64,000 nucleotides of DNA, taken from positions 8,037,485-8,101,484 of the forward strand of contig JAHRHZ010000268.1 of assembly GCA_024137785.1 (NCBI GenBank). The letters run 5' to 3'. A program made the position numbers and the translations under genes. Below the pieces are notes generated by a model. The model did no database searches. It saw nothing but the letters and a program-made list of their open reading frames with translations, and was not told where the DNA came from. Positions 1 through 13,411 of this stretch are shown here, one piece after another. Source of the stretch: Ginglymostoma cirratum (lineage: Eukaryota). Position 1 is the stretch's first letter. Each line of letters begins with the position of its first letter.

Positions 1-240
1 ATCATCATGGACACAGAATCAGGCCATTCAGCCCAAGACATCTGTGTTAATGTTTGTGCTCCACCTGGACTTTCTCCCACCCTCCTTCATCAAACCCATC
101 AACATATCCTTCTACCTCTTTGTCCTTCATTTCCTTGTCTAGCTCTCAATGAATCTTTGGCATTCACTTCAGCATCTTGTGGCAACTATTCTGTGAGGAA
201 GAAGTTTCTTCTGAATTCCCTTTGACTCTGTCTTATATTT
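1..240 (-). mobile_element. Degenerate CR1-type LINE 3' fragment
   Basis: caggccattcagccc and gaagaagtttcttctgaattccc match the reverse complement of the CR1 3' end seen in better copies (33809, 35511). Confidence 0.55.
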
Positions 241-570
241 TAACCTCTTCAGAGATGTTCTGAATCAAAAATTTGATCGCGGTCTAAATATTTCCCGTCA
301 GTCTGTTTTACTGTCTCTGATGCTCCCTGTTGTTTTCTCCCTCCCCACATTTGTATCTGTTTACCCTGGGTGTTAAGCATCACCTGACCAGAGGCTAGGG
401 AGGATCTCACTATATGTTAGAATTTGTCGGATTTCCTCCACCTTGATTGAAAATTGAAAATTCTGACAGGTCCTTTCGCTGACTTGTGATGGTTGAGTTC
501 CATGTGTAATTTCCGGGAAATGAAGATGCAAATTCAGCTTTGTTATCCCTATCTCTTTCATTTCAAGTCA

Positions 571-614
571 GATACTGTACAGTAACATGCCACTGATACT
601 GTACAGTAACATGC
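571..614. repeat. 20-bp direct duplication, each copy containing the palindrome TACTGTACAGTA
   Basis: gatactgtacagtaacatgc at 571-590 and 595-614. Confidence 0.95.
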
Positions 615-2039
615 TTTAAACCAGGTCTAGCATCTTTAGTAAACAGTGGCTCAAAGATGCAAAGTGCCTGCAGCACACCACTTAAGTTCCCACTTCAAGT
701 TATATTAGGAGGCACTTATTGATACAAGCAACCACGATCACACTGTGAGAGTGAATTGGTTGAAAGTGAACTTTTCACATTTGTAGACCATTAATAGTTA
801 AAACTCAAACCGATCCCTGCACGTATTTAAACTGGTTTTATATCGCATAAGACTTGTGCTTGGGCAGCAGGCTCCCATTGCGTGGTTTTGTGTAGCTGCT
901 AACACCACCAAATTAGACTCACTGAAGGCAACAGGTTGGCTTGAGGTTGCCAGTGCTGCGCGAGATCTCTAGGATTGCATGTCAGCAGCTCAAGCACAGC
1001 CCATAACCCACTATAAAAATAGCTTTACTTGAAATTTCAATTCAACGTTTATAGGCAAGAAACCAGAAGCCTCATTTTGTACTATGTTGTTGGATACATG
1101 CTTGAAAAGACGTTTGCCGGGCCAGGAGGAAAGAACAGGGGCTGGGTCTAGTTTGGGTAGTTCTTTCAATGATCTACTGCAGGCACAATACACTGAATGG
1201 TCTTCTTCCTATGCACTGTATGGTCCTACATGCAATGAAAACATGATGATTTTCCATGTGAATTAAACTGCAGCGTTGCATGCTTTAAGAAAAACAATTT
1301 GCCAGTACCAGCGACGTATGGGTTAACTAAACTGATTATCAATTACATGTGGTTTAAAAATACATTGCTGACTATTGTGGTTTGTAAGTCCATGACCAGC
1401 ACAACCAAATTTAATTAAATCTGTGTGACATTATATTGGCCCAAACTGGCTTATTTCACTCTGAATTCAGCCTGGTGCATAAACGACCTGTTACAACTTC
1501 ATCTGTTACTGGCCCAAATTGGGTAACAGCATAATGTTGCCGTCGTCTACATGTGGTGTATATTTTGTGTTAAAAGCGTTATTAATCAGTCAGATGGGTG
1601 CATTAGCCATGGAAGATTTATTCATGCAGGAGAGAGGCATTAATTTTGAGAGCAGTAATTTGCCAGGTTTCCACTCACTGAGAGAGCTCCATGAAGCCGG
1701 ACAATTGGCTCTCCTATACATCTACCAGTGCCACATTGAGAAAGAATGTTTATTTTTGCTGCAGTTTGCATTATGGTATCCATTGTGTGATTTGCATTTG
1801 GTGCAAAAGCGTGAGTTCACCAGGTAAACAATGTTTCATTTAAATTTTATACAACTGCATCCAATTGTTGTAATTCATTATATTACATTTTACACTCTGC
1901 TGTGCATTTGTGCAAATGGAAAGGGTGGGTCAGCTGATAGGTTCACATGTTAAGTTGAGTACAGTCCCCAGCAGAATTTAGCTGCAATTCTCCTGTTGCT
2001 TCATTTGAGATTCAGTACTGCCTCAAACAAGCAGGGGTT

Positions 2040-2410
2040 GGGTTTGATTCTCTTACCAACTCTTCCATGCTTTCCTTCCCTCTCCACTATCTGCCATAAC
2101 TATTCACCATTCTTCCATGCCCAACTTTTGATTCTATTTGTGACTCATTACCATTTCCTTCAGTCCTGCTCTTTTGTGAGTTAATTGCTTTTTGTCCTGC
2201 ATTCTCTCACAGCTCGCTCCCTTCTGTTTGCTCCTTCTCTTTTCTCTTTTGCTTTAACCCTGCTTGCTTTAGGGAGTTAATCTCTTCAAATCTTCTAGCT
2301 GGGACGCAAGGACATTGAGATGAAATACTGCCACAGGTGCTGGCTGACCTGCTGAGGGCTTCAAACTTTTTCTGTCTTATTTCTCAGTTTTTAGCATCCA
2401 TTTTAGTTTT
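2040..2410 (+). mobile_element. Highly decayed Penelope-like terminal fragment
   Basis: Pyrimidine-rich tract followed by gctggctgacctgctgag...ttctgtcttatttctcagtttttagcatc, resembling the PLE ends at 18050-18150 and 63560-63622. Confidence 0.5.
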
Positions 2411-3009
2411 GATTCCATTGAGCAGGCTGGGCTAAGAGAGGTATGCTCAACACTCCTGCAATTGACTTGAACTCTGTCCATTACCAATGGACAATGCAAA
2501 ACCTATGGTTTGCCCAACTTCAATAGTTCCATAGTTGAGTGACTCTCCAATGTTTATTATGTTTCAAGTACATGTCAAGACAAAGATGTGAACAATATAT
2601 TTGAGGCATGTAAGGCAGGTGCCTGTGAATCTGTGCCCAGGATTGAGCGGTCATGTCCAGGCAAGAGGGGTGAACAGAAGAATTTACTTTACAGCTTTCC
2701 AAAACTATCACAACCATTTCAGCTGAAAGTCTTGGCTGAAAAGACAGTCTCCATTCTCCCCATAAGATGACTTTTCACAAAGGATCTTTTCTGAAACCCA
2801 GCTGAGGGTGTTACTTCTCTGTAGGCTGGTGTTGTACGTGCCAATGTTCCGACATTTCAGTTGCACAATTCCCTCCAATGACTGGCAACAGGACAAAATA
2901 GTAATGAGGAAGATAGCAAAGTTAAGCTTGCAGGAACAAACTGGCCTGAAAACGTTGCTACAGTAGACCAAGAACTATGCACATTCTAAAATAACTGCCA
3001 AAGTCTTCT

Positions 3010-3400
3010 TTTGAAATTTATTCTTTGCTGGAATCTGCATATCGCTGGCATTTAGCACTCATGCTTCTGCCCTTTGATTTTCCTTGAATACTGTTCTTGC
3101 TATTTCAGCAGACAGTTCAGAGCAACCCATATTTCTGTGGATATGCATTCGCATGCCTGCCAGGGTAAGCACGGCAGATTTCCTTCCTTCAAGGACCATT
3201 AGTGAACCAAATGGATTTTTATGACAATTGATGATAAATCATGGTCACCATTTCCTGAGATGAGCTTTTCATTTCCAGATATGTTACTTCATTTTAAATT
3301 CCACCAGCTGCCATGATGGGATTTGAACCCATGTCACCAGATCGTGAGTTTCACTGTCAGGATGGCTAACTCAGTGACCTTAGTACTACTCCCCATGCTG
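3010..3400 (-). mobile_element. tRNA-derived SINE with LINE-derived tail (degenerate)
   Basis: Colinear with the copy at 4803-5150 (agtgaacca, gacaattga, aaattcc..ctgccat, ttgaacc = B-box-like). Confidence 0.7.
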
Positions 3401-3959
3401 TGCACATAACAGCTGAGGCTTCATGCACAGTTCAGAGTCCGACCTGAAGTGGCTTTTGCCTCACATATTGAAAAAGTTTCAGCTCACAGTGATACTTTAC
3501 AACAAACTTATATTGCAGGTCTGTTGATTCCATTGGTTTTTGCAATATGCGCTGACTCTAGGCCTCTGAAATCCACCCAGTGTTTACCGCAATATGCCAT
3601 TCACCGTAGTGACCAAGGTGGAATAGCCTGCCTGGGTTCCGAAGAAATGGGCATTCATCAGTTCTGCCCATTGTTTACCACCACCACCCCTTGTTGCATT
3701 GCCCCTTCCAAAAAAAGATGTTTCTTTACACCAGTGGGATAGTTACGTTTCACTGCTGTCAAAATTGGGGCTAGCATTGCTGGCTGTTCTGCAAAATAAA
3801 AAGGAAAGACATGCAAAAAGAGTAAAAAGTAATTCTCAACTTCCAGCGTGCCCTTTTTACGTCCTGAGGACTTCCCAAAACCACTGCTGTCATGAAGGAA
3901 AGAAGCAGGGAGTTTTAGCACCTAGTGTGATCACACAAGCAGTACTGAACCTAATGATC

Positions 3960-4240
3960 TGAATTAATCTGATTTTAGTATTGGCTAAAACATAAATATT
4001 GTCCATCCATTGAAAGAACAACTTGCTCTTCATTAGGTAGCATTATAGATTTTTTTTTGTATTCCGCTATGAGGGCAGGCAGGCTGCAGAAAGATGCCAT
4101 CTCTGACAGTGTAACATTCCCTCATTACAGTTCTGCAGTGGGATTACCAGTCTGGAATACACTCTGAAGTCTCTGGAGGGTGGTGAGAATGTAACCCATA
4201 TCCTGCTGATTCAGAGGTGAGGGTTTCGACAACTGAGCCA
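3960..4240 (-). mobile_element. DeuSINE/SacSINE1-like SINE, degenerate
   Basis: ataaatattg, agatgccatctctgacagtgtaacattccctca and gattcagagg..aactgagcca are the reverse complement of the family seen at 38340. Confidence 0.6.
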
Positions 4241-4802
4241 AAGTTGAGATGTAAACCTTAATTTGCAGCCTTTTGAGATTGTGGTTGTGAAAGATTTAGT
4301 TTCATTTGTATCTTGCAGCATTTTTAAAGGGGCATCATCTGTGCAAAACAAAAGCTGTTGGCAAAGTCCACTTGGCTTGTTTATGAGCAGTACGCTGATG
4401 TAATTCTGTTTGAGATGTACATCACTTGCACATAACATTGTGGTGACAAAAATGGAACACATCTATTCTCCTGAAACACAAAAGAACTGCTACTGTTTAC
4501 GATGTACATGTAACTGGTGACTCTGGGGAATGATACCTAAAAATTTTCTCCTCTATATATTCTGGGTTTTGAATTAACAGCAGTGTTGATTTTATGTAAG
4601 TACTGTTAATCTATGGAGAAATGCTGGCACAGTGAAATCTGTTAGAGACTGTGCTAGAAATTTCAGGGAATGGGTGTCAGATAATTGATTTCTGCTCATG
4701 AATGAGTTTTGCAGATTTGAATCGCTGAAATCTAAACAAGAAGGATGGCCTCCCTTTGCCAATGGTTTGGCACTTTGGGATCTCAGATGACTGTAGTATG
4801 TT

Positions 4803-5150
4803 TTTTTTTATTCATCGCAGGATGAGGGTGTCGCTGGCTATGTCAGCATTTATTGCCTTTCCCAATTGCCCAGAGGGCAGTTAAGAGTCAACCACATTGT
4901 AAAGTCTGGAGTTGCATGTTGGCCAGACCTGTGAGGATGGCAGTTTCTCTCCCTCAAGTACATCAGTGAACCACATGCGTTTTTCTGACAATTGACAATG
5001 GATTCATGGACGTCAGTCGATTCTTAATCCCAGATTTTTATTTTTGATTGAATTCAAATTCCGCTATCTGCCATGGTAGAAATTGAACCTGCATCCCCAA
5101 AACATACCTGGGTGTCTGGATTAAAAGTCCAGTGATAGTACCACTAGGCT
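4803..5150 (-). mobile_element. tRNA-derived SINE whose 3' tail matches the LINE at 28820-30118
   Basis: Minus strand starts gcctagtggta (A-box-like), contains ggttcaattt (B-box-like) and ends gcaataaatgctgac..gccagcgacaccc..gaataaaaaaaa, like the LINE end at 30064-30118. Confidence 0.8.
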
Positions 5151-6584
5151 GATACCTTGTTTGCAGTTTTTAAAGGTTGAAAGTGGGAATGAATGGCTTG
5201 GGCTAAGAAGGATACCTTTTCTGCAATAATGTGAAATCCCGAGGGCCTTGCAGGTGAAAGGAGTAGGGCCTGTTCAGGGTGCAGAACTGGGTGCTGTGAT
5301 GGGGACGTCTGAATGTTGAATCACTGGGCGATGAGGGGTAAAGGACCTTTTCTTATCTCCAGACTTTTCCTTGTCATTCATTCATGGCTATTCCTATCTG
5401 AAATCCCATTTTTATCTGTTGTTGCTGACAATGTACCCATCCCACGATGTAAATAGCTTTCTCAGAAACTGTTCAGTATTACAAACTCAGTTACTAAAGG
5501 CATAAACTACAGCAAAACAATGAACCCAAAGCCAGTAACGTGGGTGATTTAAAAAAAATTTAAAAACTCACAGACAGGAAGGACTTGGGTTCAGAAAAGC
5601 AATCGGCGATTTGACAATTACTGGCATTCGGTAGCACTCTCGCTGCCTCTCTTATGTATTTGTAAGGTGCATGAATTTCAGAACTATGCCTTGGTGTCAG
5701 CTATACAGTGGAAAGATAGCTTGTGTGCTTTGTTCATTTTTTTTTTAAACACAGTAATAAACACATCTGAGAAATTCCGCTGAGCTGAAGGAGCGCAGTC
5801 TCGGTGGAATGAACGTTGTAGCCTGGAAACATCTGTTAACTGTCTGAGAGAAAATTAGTTATTGCAGAGAAGTGCTACAACCCATTTCAGTCAGTGCATC
5901 TGAGAGTTTAGGCTCTTCCTTTGTGACTTTTTTGAAACTTTTTTAGCTTTTGATTTTTTTTTTCCCCGTTAAGTACGTCCTACGTGAAAGATCTTGCTAA
6001 AACACACTAACTAAATATCCATGCAATATGATACAAATGTTTGTGTACTAACCCACCTCTTACTGCTTTTAATTCCTTCCTGGATGCCACAATGTTTCAC
6101 ATCTGTGGGCTTTTTAAGAGGAGAGAGCATGTTCATTTGCTGATTTTGATGTCGATGCCATCATTAGCAGATCTGTCTTCCAAAAGAGTCTTGCATGCTC
6201 CGACTCTCCCCCCAGTGTTGCTATTTTGGTTAATACTGCATTATGGAGGCTGTACACCATTGCACTGCCATTCTGTGGCTTACTGTGCTTTCGGGGAAGG
6301 GCAGAGTAAGATTTTCATTCGATTAGGATTAGGGGTGGATGTGTCAAAATATTCCATTGATTAAAAAAGTACTGTTTTCCAGTGGACTCAATGGCCTCAA
6401 TACGTAGACCAGAGGGATCCAATTTTGGCTGCTGGTCTTTGCTGAATTAAGAACATCAGGAATAGGAAAAAGTGAACTTGGTACAAGAGCTAAATCCACT
6501 TCCCTCTTGAAAAAAACACAACATTTTGACCTTCACCAGTTTGACTGGTTGTGAATTCTGCAGTTTAACTGTCAGTCATGAAAG

Positions 6585-6698
6585 GTTTACCCCTTATCCT
6601 TAAACTATGACCCTGTTTCTGGACTCCCCCACCATTGGGAACATCCTGCATCTAGCCTGTCTAGTCCAACCTGTTAGAATTTGATAGGTTTCTGTGAG
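6585..6698 (-). mobile_element. CR1 LINE fragment
   Basis: ccccttatccttaaactatgaccc..ctggactcccc..gggaacatc matches 34075-34160. Confidence 0.65.
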
Positions 6699-8559
6699 CA
6701 TCAGGCAGTGCCTCACAGTCCGGTAACTCTTCCTGGAATTTCTCCTCTGCCTCCTCCTGGGTCAGGGTAAGAACGCGATGGGGCTTAGCAGAGACACCTT
6801 CTTTAGCATGTAGCCAATTCATCCTTATCTAAGAATGAAAAATGGCCCTTTTGGGGAAGATACAGGAGAGAGACAGGTGGGATGGAACCATGCTGTAACC
6901 AGAGACAGCTTCTCAGGAGAAGATGGGATAGAGCAAGAGGGGAGGAAAAATAAATCTGTGACAATTAATTTTTAATAATCTCTCAGCTATTTTCAGACAG
7001 CTAAAAAGCCTTGAGTTTATATTAGTAATGCATGTGATTCATTCACATACATGCATCTCTGAATATACAACTCCCTCATGGCAGGTATGCTCTCTGGTTT
7101 CCAAACAGTGATTGGACACTTGTAAAAAGAGCCAGAGAATTGTTAGATCCATGTAGCAACAGAAGAGGAGGTGGCTGTGAAACAAATTGGGAAAATCTCT
7201 TTAAAAAATATCATGGGCCAGACTTCACTCAAAGGTGGCTCGGAATATAATGTGAAATTGTACTGAGGAAGTAGAACCACTGGATTTGACTATTAACTAG
7301 TGAAGTTAATTTGGGGCTGATGTCAAATGAGTTTGTTATGATCAAAGAGCGATCATTCGCATGGGGCAACGGCCAGCTAGAGGAGTGGATGCAAACCTCT
7401 TTAATCTGTTTGGAAGTAATTGGCTGCTGAAGTGTTGTGAAGGAAGGGATAGGGTATTAGGAATTCTCCAGATAGCTACACTGAGGTAGGCTAAATCATC
7501 TTCCCCTCCTACAGTTATCTTGTGATTGGAAAGTGCCCTCCGGCAGTTGGAGGTGGTGCGTGTTCTGAGTGTTAGCTGCAGTGAGTAACCCTTATCCTGG
7601 CAGGTAATAGAAACTGAAACATCAGGAACGGAGGTCTCCGAGCTGTATAATACAAATGGCAGTGCAGCAGAAAGCATTTTAATGAGGACAGAGATGTGTT
7701 TACGCACCAGACTGGAGATATGTGAAGCACCTGAAGTGTGTTACTTAACTCCCAGGCATCTCCCCATCATCTTTTCCAGAGCAATTCATGCGTTTCCACT
7801 GGTGCCCAATTTGTGCCTTGCGTGGGGAGAGAGAGATTGGAATACAACTGCATACACAATTTTCCAATTAGAAATCATCAGCTGGCAACCAGCTTATCTC
7901 CAAAGAGGGCTGCCGTCATTTTCTACCACTGAATCTGCTGTGCTGTGAGCTAGAAGTGCTGAAAATTGGACAGCTGAGAAATGGACAGCATTTGAATCAC
8001 ATTCCATCCCAACTTTCACATGTTGGAAATTCTATTTGAAAAGGGCTACATCTGTGCAATTGTTGGGTAATCACAGTGTTGAGTATTCCTATGGTCAGTT
8101 GTTTTCTTAGTGCAGTGTCTTAATGGTGCTGGAACCAAGTGCATTCATTAAATGGCAGAGCCCAGTGACACTGAGCAACATGTTAACTGAAGTAGTTTTG
8201 TTTGGCTTGGTCTCTCAATTTTGCCAATTTTCACAGCTGGGCAGATATCTCAAAGAGCTGGGCCTTGAGTTGAATAACTTTTCCAGTGATTATCCATCGC
8301 AATGGTGTTAGCTCCTTGATGAGAATTTTGTTTGCCAAGGGGAGTGTGGGTTCACATACGGGCAGGTTAAACCTCTGAGAAGTGGCATCTGGTTGGGAAC
8401 TAACAGGATCCCAGTGGAAAAATTAGCCATGCATCGCCAGATGTCAAGGGTGGTTGTCAGTGGACAGACCCCTGGTTCTCTCTCTCCAGTGGAGTTCATG
8501 TTCTGTTCTGCAAGGCGAGAGCAACGAATTATGAAGATGAGAAATATATTGCATGAAGA

Positions 8560-8790
8560 GGAAAAAAGGGCAACTTTTATGCTGGTTCTATTTTATTCAG
8601 GAGGTTGATAGGTGACATTCAGTGATGGTTATGCTATGGAATGGCAAGGAGACGGTTAGATTCTCTCTTGTGTGAGAGGCCATTGCTGGCACCTGTGTTG
8701 CACGAATGTTGCTTTCCATTTATCAGCTGAAGGCTAACTATTGCTTATTGGCAGGTACGACGTCAGTATCTGAGGTGATTGTGAGGATGA
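8560..8790 (-). mobile_element. Fragment of the CR1/L2-group LINE RT seen at 28820
   Basis: ccattgctggcacctgtgttgcacgaatgtt..cagtatctgagg is the reverse complement of the region at 29290-29400. Confidence 0.6.
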
Positions 8791-10365
8791 CATCTATGTT
8801 GTGTGTTCAGATGGGAATATCAGTTGATGCCTGGAGACAGTGAAACGGCTGGAGCTGCAAGAAGTTGTTTTGAGGGATGTTGCTGTGCAAGAGAATGCTG
8901 AGACACTGGCTTGGCACCTGAAAGTGTTTTACTTGCCTTCTAATGAGCCCAGACCTTCCAGGGTACTATATCTAAGTTTGAGGGATCACATTACTGCCAC
9001 TTCCTTGGCCAGTTTCACCCACATCTGCTTGCTTTAAGAAGGCTGACCTCTTCCTCCTGACCTTGGGGAAAGACAGTCTCACGTCAATTCCTCAGGTCCC
9101 ATAGAAACATCTGAAGGTAGAAATTCCACACCCAGCAAAGGGTTTATAGTGATGGGTAAAGGCAGCTTTTGCCGTGTCTCCTTTTCAATCCTGTGATTGA
9201 TTCCTGAGGCCGCAGCAATCTCCAATTCAGCCATTCCGACCCCGGACAGTGCTCCTTTAAATTGGAATTCTTTCTTGGACAGAAGGTGTGTCTACCCGCA
9301 CGTTTTCTCTGATTGAGAAACCTGGAAAAGGATGCTGATGTTAGAGCTAAGTGGAAAGGAGCATGGCCGAGTCTGTTGACAGAATAAACTGGTTCCTAAT
9401 CTCCTACCACACCCTTGGTGAAAATGGGTCTACAAAGGCAAAATCCCACCTTTTGTTTCACTCTTTTCATATGATATATAATTCGTTAGCGCCTTGCTTC
9501 AGAGTGTCTGGACAGGTGAAGGAGTTATCAAGAAGGCAAATGTTGTTTGCAGAAATGGTTTCCCGATTAAATGTGGCATGAGGGCAGTCGTTACCTGCAC
9601 CAGAGATGATAAACTGATCTGGGTAGGAATGCTAGCTGATCTCTTTTCACACTTTGGTCTGGTTTTTCTGTCAAATGTTGCTCTGATACTTATTTGCACA
9701 TTGAGGAAGGGAAGATGTCATTGGCCTTGGGGAAATTCTGCAGAGCTCTATGGACAGGATGAATGCAACAGAAACTGCCAAAATGACAAGTTAGATTAAG
9801 ACCAACTGTTTATTGTAATGTTGTTGGTCTGCTGTTCCGTCTGTTTATCCATTCAGCAGTGTTACAATTTCTCCTCATGCGAAACACAGTATCTTATTAC
9901 TGGTCTCTCCCAATCACTGGGGAAGAGCATGTTCAAACACACCTTTTTTTTGATTAAATCTTTGGCACAATAATCTTGAGATGTGCCTAATCCTGTTCTC
10001 ATCCAAAACCCACATCTAGTAGATCAGAGGCATTTGATAGCATGTGAAAATCGAATCCTGGATGAGTCTCCACCCCTCGCCCCCAATCATTTCACTTTTT
10101 ATTTCTTTTTATTACTCTGGCGATGCAGTGTAGCCAGTTATGGTGAATTTGAGTTGTCCCAAGTCTTGTGGACAACAAATATGGCACAGACAGAAGTTAG
10201 ATTCTGCGACCATCTTGCTCTGTCTAGCTTGGTTTCACAAGGGGAGGTATGTTACTGAACAACAGGGAGAATGTCTGGAACAAGATTAACCTATAAAAAA
10301 ACAGTAGAGAATGTTACAGATCATAATGAGTATTTAAGAGTACAATTTTTCATGCACAATAAAGA

Positions 10366-11355
10366 AACCGCATGGGTCCCAGTTATGCCTGCCTCTTTAT
10401 AGGGTATGTGGAAAGATCCTTGTTTCAGTCTTACACTGGCCCCTCCCATAACTGTTTTCTCGGTACATTGATGACTGCCTCTGTGCTGCTTCATGCTCTC
10501 ACCAGGACTTTGAAAAATTCATTCATTTTGCCTCCAGTTTCCACCCCTCTATAACTTTCACATCGTCCATTTCTGACATTTCCCTTCCTTTCCTTGACAC
10601 CTCTGTCTGCATTTTGGGGAATAAACTGTTCACTGCCATCCACTACAAAGCCACTGACTCCCATAGCTACATTCATTACAGTTCTCCATATCCCACATCC
10701 TGCAAGGACTCCATCCTATTCTCCCAGTTCCTTCACCTACGGCGTATCTGTTTGGATGATGCCATCTTCCAAAACAGCACTACTGACATGGCTTCCTTCC
10801 TCCAGAACCATGGTTTCCCACCCACTGTGATTGACAGGGCTCTCAACCACATCCAACCCATCATCCGTGCTTCTGCCTTTGCCCCTTCCCATTACTCACA
10901 ACAGCGTGATCAGGTTCCCCTTGTCCTCACTTTTCATCCCACCAGCCTCCTCATTCGAAGGATCATTCTGTGCCATTTCAGACAATTCTGGCAGAACCGC
11001 ACCACCAAACGCATCTTCCCTTCATTTACCCTGTCTATATTTCACAGGGATCGTTCACTCCACGACACCCTAGTCCATTCCACAACCACCCATACCAGCC
11101 TCCCTCTCCACAGCACCTTCCCATGTAACTGCAGGAAGTGCTCCTTCACCTCCTTCCTGCTCACAATCCAAGGGCCTAATCAGCCTTTCCAGGTGAAATA
11201 GCATTTCACCTGTACCACCTCCAATCTTCTTTACTGTTGGCTAACTCTACATTGGAGAAACCAAATGCTGACTGGGTGACCGCTTTGCGCAACAACTTTG
11301 GTCTTTGCGCAAGCAGGACACTGACCTTCCTGTAGTCGGTCACTTTAACACGGCA
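10366..11355 (+). mobile_element. Penelope-like retroelement, 5'-truncated and decayed (RT C-terminus + GIY-YIG endonuclease)
   Basis: Frames read MGPSYACLFIGYVE, cggtacattgatgac = RYIDD, YKATDSHSY..SQFLHLRRIC, C-x-C-x2-C and ctctacattggagaaacc = LYIGET; frameshifts and stops present. Confidence 0.92.
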
Positions 11356-12026
11356 AATCCCCTGGCAGAGTGAATATAACAGCGGCTGTAGAGAACAATG
11401 TATTTCAGGGGATATAAAGGCCCACAGATTGCTGGAATGAAACATCTTATGAAATGCCATGTGAATTGGATTTTTTTTTCTCATTCCTTTTAGCTGTTCT
11501 ATGTTACAAATGGCTTTAAGTGAGTATTGGGGAAATGACAACATCAATTATCTATCTCCTTTTTAACCAGTGAAATTTAAGGAGAAAGAAGATGATAGAG
11601 TGAACAATGAAGAAAGAATAAAAATGCATTAGAGTCAAACTAGACCATGAAAGAGAAATAAAAAGGGGGAGAAACTGTGAATTGAGTGAATAAGACAAAG
11701 TGAAAGAAAAATTGGCATAAGTACCACCTTGAACTTTCTGTGGCGAGTTTAACTCCTATTGTGGTACAAATTCTGAAATTTCCTGTAACTCACATATAGG
11801 AAGAGCAACCTACTGTTTTTAACAAGGCCAACAACAGGGTTGATGGAAGATCACCCAGCAATTTATAATGATTCATGACTCGCATCACATCTTTTCATTG
11901 TCACCCTGCACTCAGTGATAGTGGAATTCACTGTGAACTCACCATTGTGTGTCAGCCAAATAGTGTAGTCAGTGCTAGGTATGACGGCCAGTCTTTACCT
12001 GCACTTACCTGTGCTGTCATCAGATT

Positions 12027-12780
12027 TGTTTTCAAAAAATGTACTTTGTTCACAAAATTTGTTAATATAAAATGCAAGACCATTTCAATTTCACTCTTAT
12101 TGAATTTGGAGTAATATTCAACTTGTTCTCATACAGCCTGTTCCACAGAATTTGATTTTGAGGGACTTGATATTGCATTCCAAGTCAGGTGTACATTCCA
12201 AGGGTGGAAACAATTCCAATTAGAAATTGTGCAAAAAGTATGAAGATTTCTTCTATTGTACTCTGATGTGCCTCGAGACATTCCCAATCTTTTTGTTTTA
12301 GGATCCATATTCTTTCTGAGATAGAGAGCCCACTGGATTCTATAGTGTCCAGCCTCTCTGTACACTATGATTGAGAACCTGAGACATCTGCCTTTCCATT
12401 GTGCATCTTTAATGGCTGTTCCAAGCTTCAAAACATCCCTTAGCATGTAGCCCTGGACATCGGAACGTGACAGTCTGCAACACTTAGATGAAGATCAGCA
12501 AGTTTCAGGCAGACTAAAGAGTGTCTTCCGATGAGTTGATGGTTCTGGAGCTGCAGTTGATGTTTGACTTGGTGTTTCTCCATGAGAACAACCCGTAGAG
12601 CACGTCACAAAGAGTGCTTGGGATGAACCTCACCCAAAACCACTGCACCTCTTTCCAAATCGTCTGTGCAATGATACATAGAGGTGAGACACAGAGGTGG
12701 ACAACAGTTTCTTCCCAAACTTAAAGGCAGTATGCAGAGGATATGAGACTCTGGGCATGTAGGGACCATCTAGGGAATGA
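12027..12780 (-). mobile_element. Tx1/L1-group non-LTR retrotransposon, ORF2 C-terminus and 3' UTR, decayed
   Basis: Minus-strand translation RFIPSTLCDVLYGLFSWRNTKSNINCSSRTINS..NLLIF..LRDVLKLGTA..AQWKG; homologous to the copy at 42560-43150; ends in an A-rich tail. Confidence 0.75.
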
Positions 12781-13144
12781 CCTTTCTCATCTCCACCAGT
12801 ATATATCTTGGTGCTTGTTTACAAATTCTGCCACAAGACTTTGTTAGAGGGGTAGTTACCATGACAGGATGTAAATTTCCCAAGATTTACCGTATTGTGA
12901 GAAAGCACCTTTTCAGTGATCTGAGCCAGGATGTTAATGGAAATTGGCTAGTCTGTCACTCCCACTTGCTTCCGAGGACCAATTCTCAGATGCAGGAGAA
13001 AAGTGGGAGGGTGAATCAGCTCTGGCATTCCATGAATCAATTTGATTACAAGCTATGAATGACAGCTTCTTGGGTAAGGTGGAGACTGCTTAAGGTAGGA
13101 GCCATCGGAACGCTGTTACGGGAAAGTAGTCCTAAAGCTTCAGT

Positions 13145-13202
13145 GGCTGGGTGGTTGGGGGTGGGGGGGGGGGGGGGGGTGGGGGCGGGGGCGGGGGGGT
13201 GG
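13145..13202 (+). repeat. G-rich tract with G-quadruplex potential
   Basis: Several G runs, including 17 consecutive G. Confidence 0.9.
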
Positions 13203-13214
13203 AAACAACAAGAA

Positions 13215-13298
13215 AAGAAGGGTCCTGATCTGAAACATCGACTTTCCTACTCCTCTGATGCTGCCTGACCTGCTGTGTTCCTCCAGGTCCACACTGCA
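13215..13298 (+). mobile_element. Penelope-like terminal fragment
   Basis: gaagggtcctgatctgaaacatcgactttcctactcctctgatgctgcctgacctgctgtgttcctccag, homologous to 18024-18100. Confidence 0.8.
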
Positions 13299-13390
13299 TT
13301 GAAGTCTATTTGGATTTGCATAGAATTGATTTTCATTCATGTCAGCAAAGGGTATGTGTCCTTTAAATAGACAGAATATACTGTTGTATT

Positions 13391-13411
13391 TGAGAGAGAG
13401 AGAGAGAGAGT
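13391..13411. repeat. (GA)n microsatellite
   Basis: Direct reading. Confidence 0.9.

Noticed and set aside
10614-11201. 195-aa ORF, the longest real-sequence ORF, as a host gene
   Set aside because: It is part of a frameshifted Penelope-like RT/GIY-YIG pseudo-ORF.
12003-12130. Minus-strand CAG|GTAAGT donor with an upstream open frame
   Set aside because: The upstream sequence is the 3' UTR and tail of the Tx1-like element, and no good acceptor is present.
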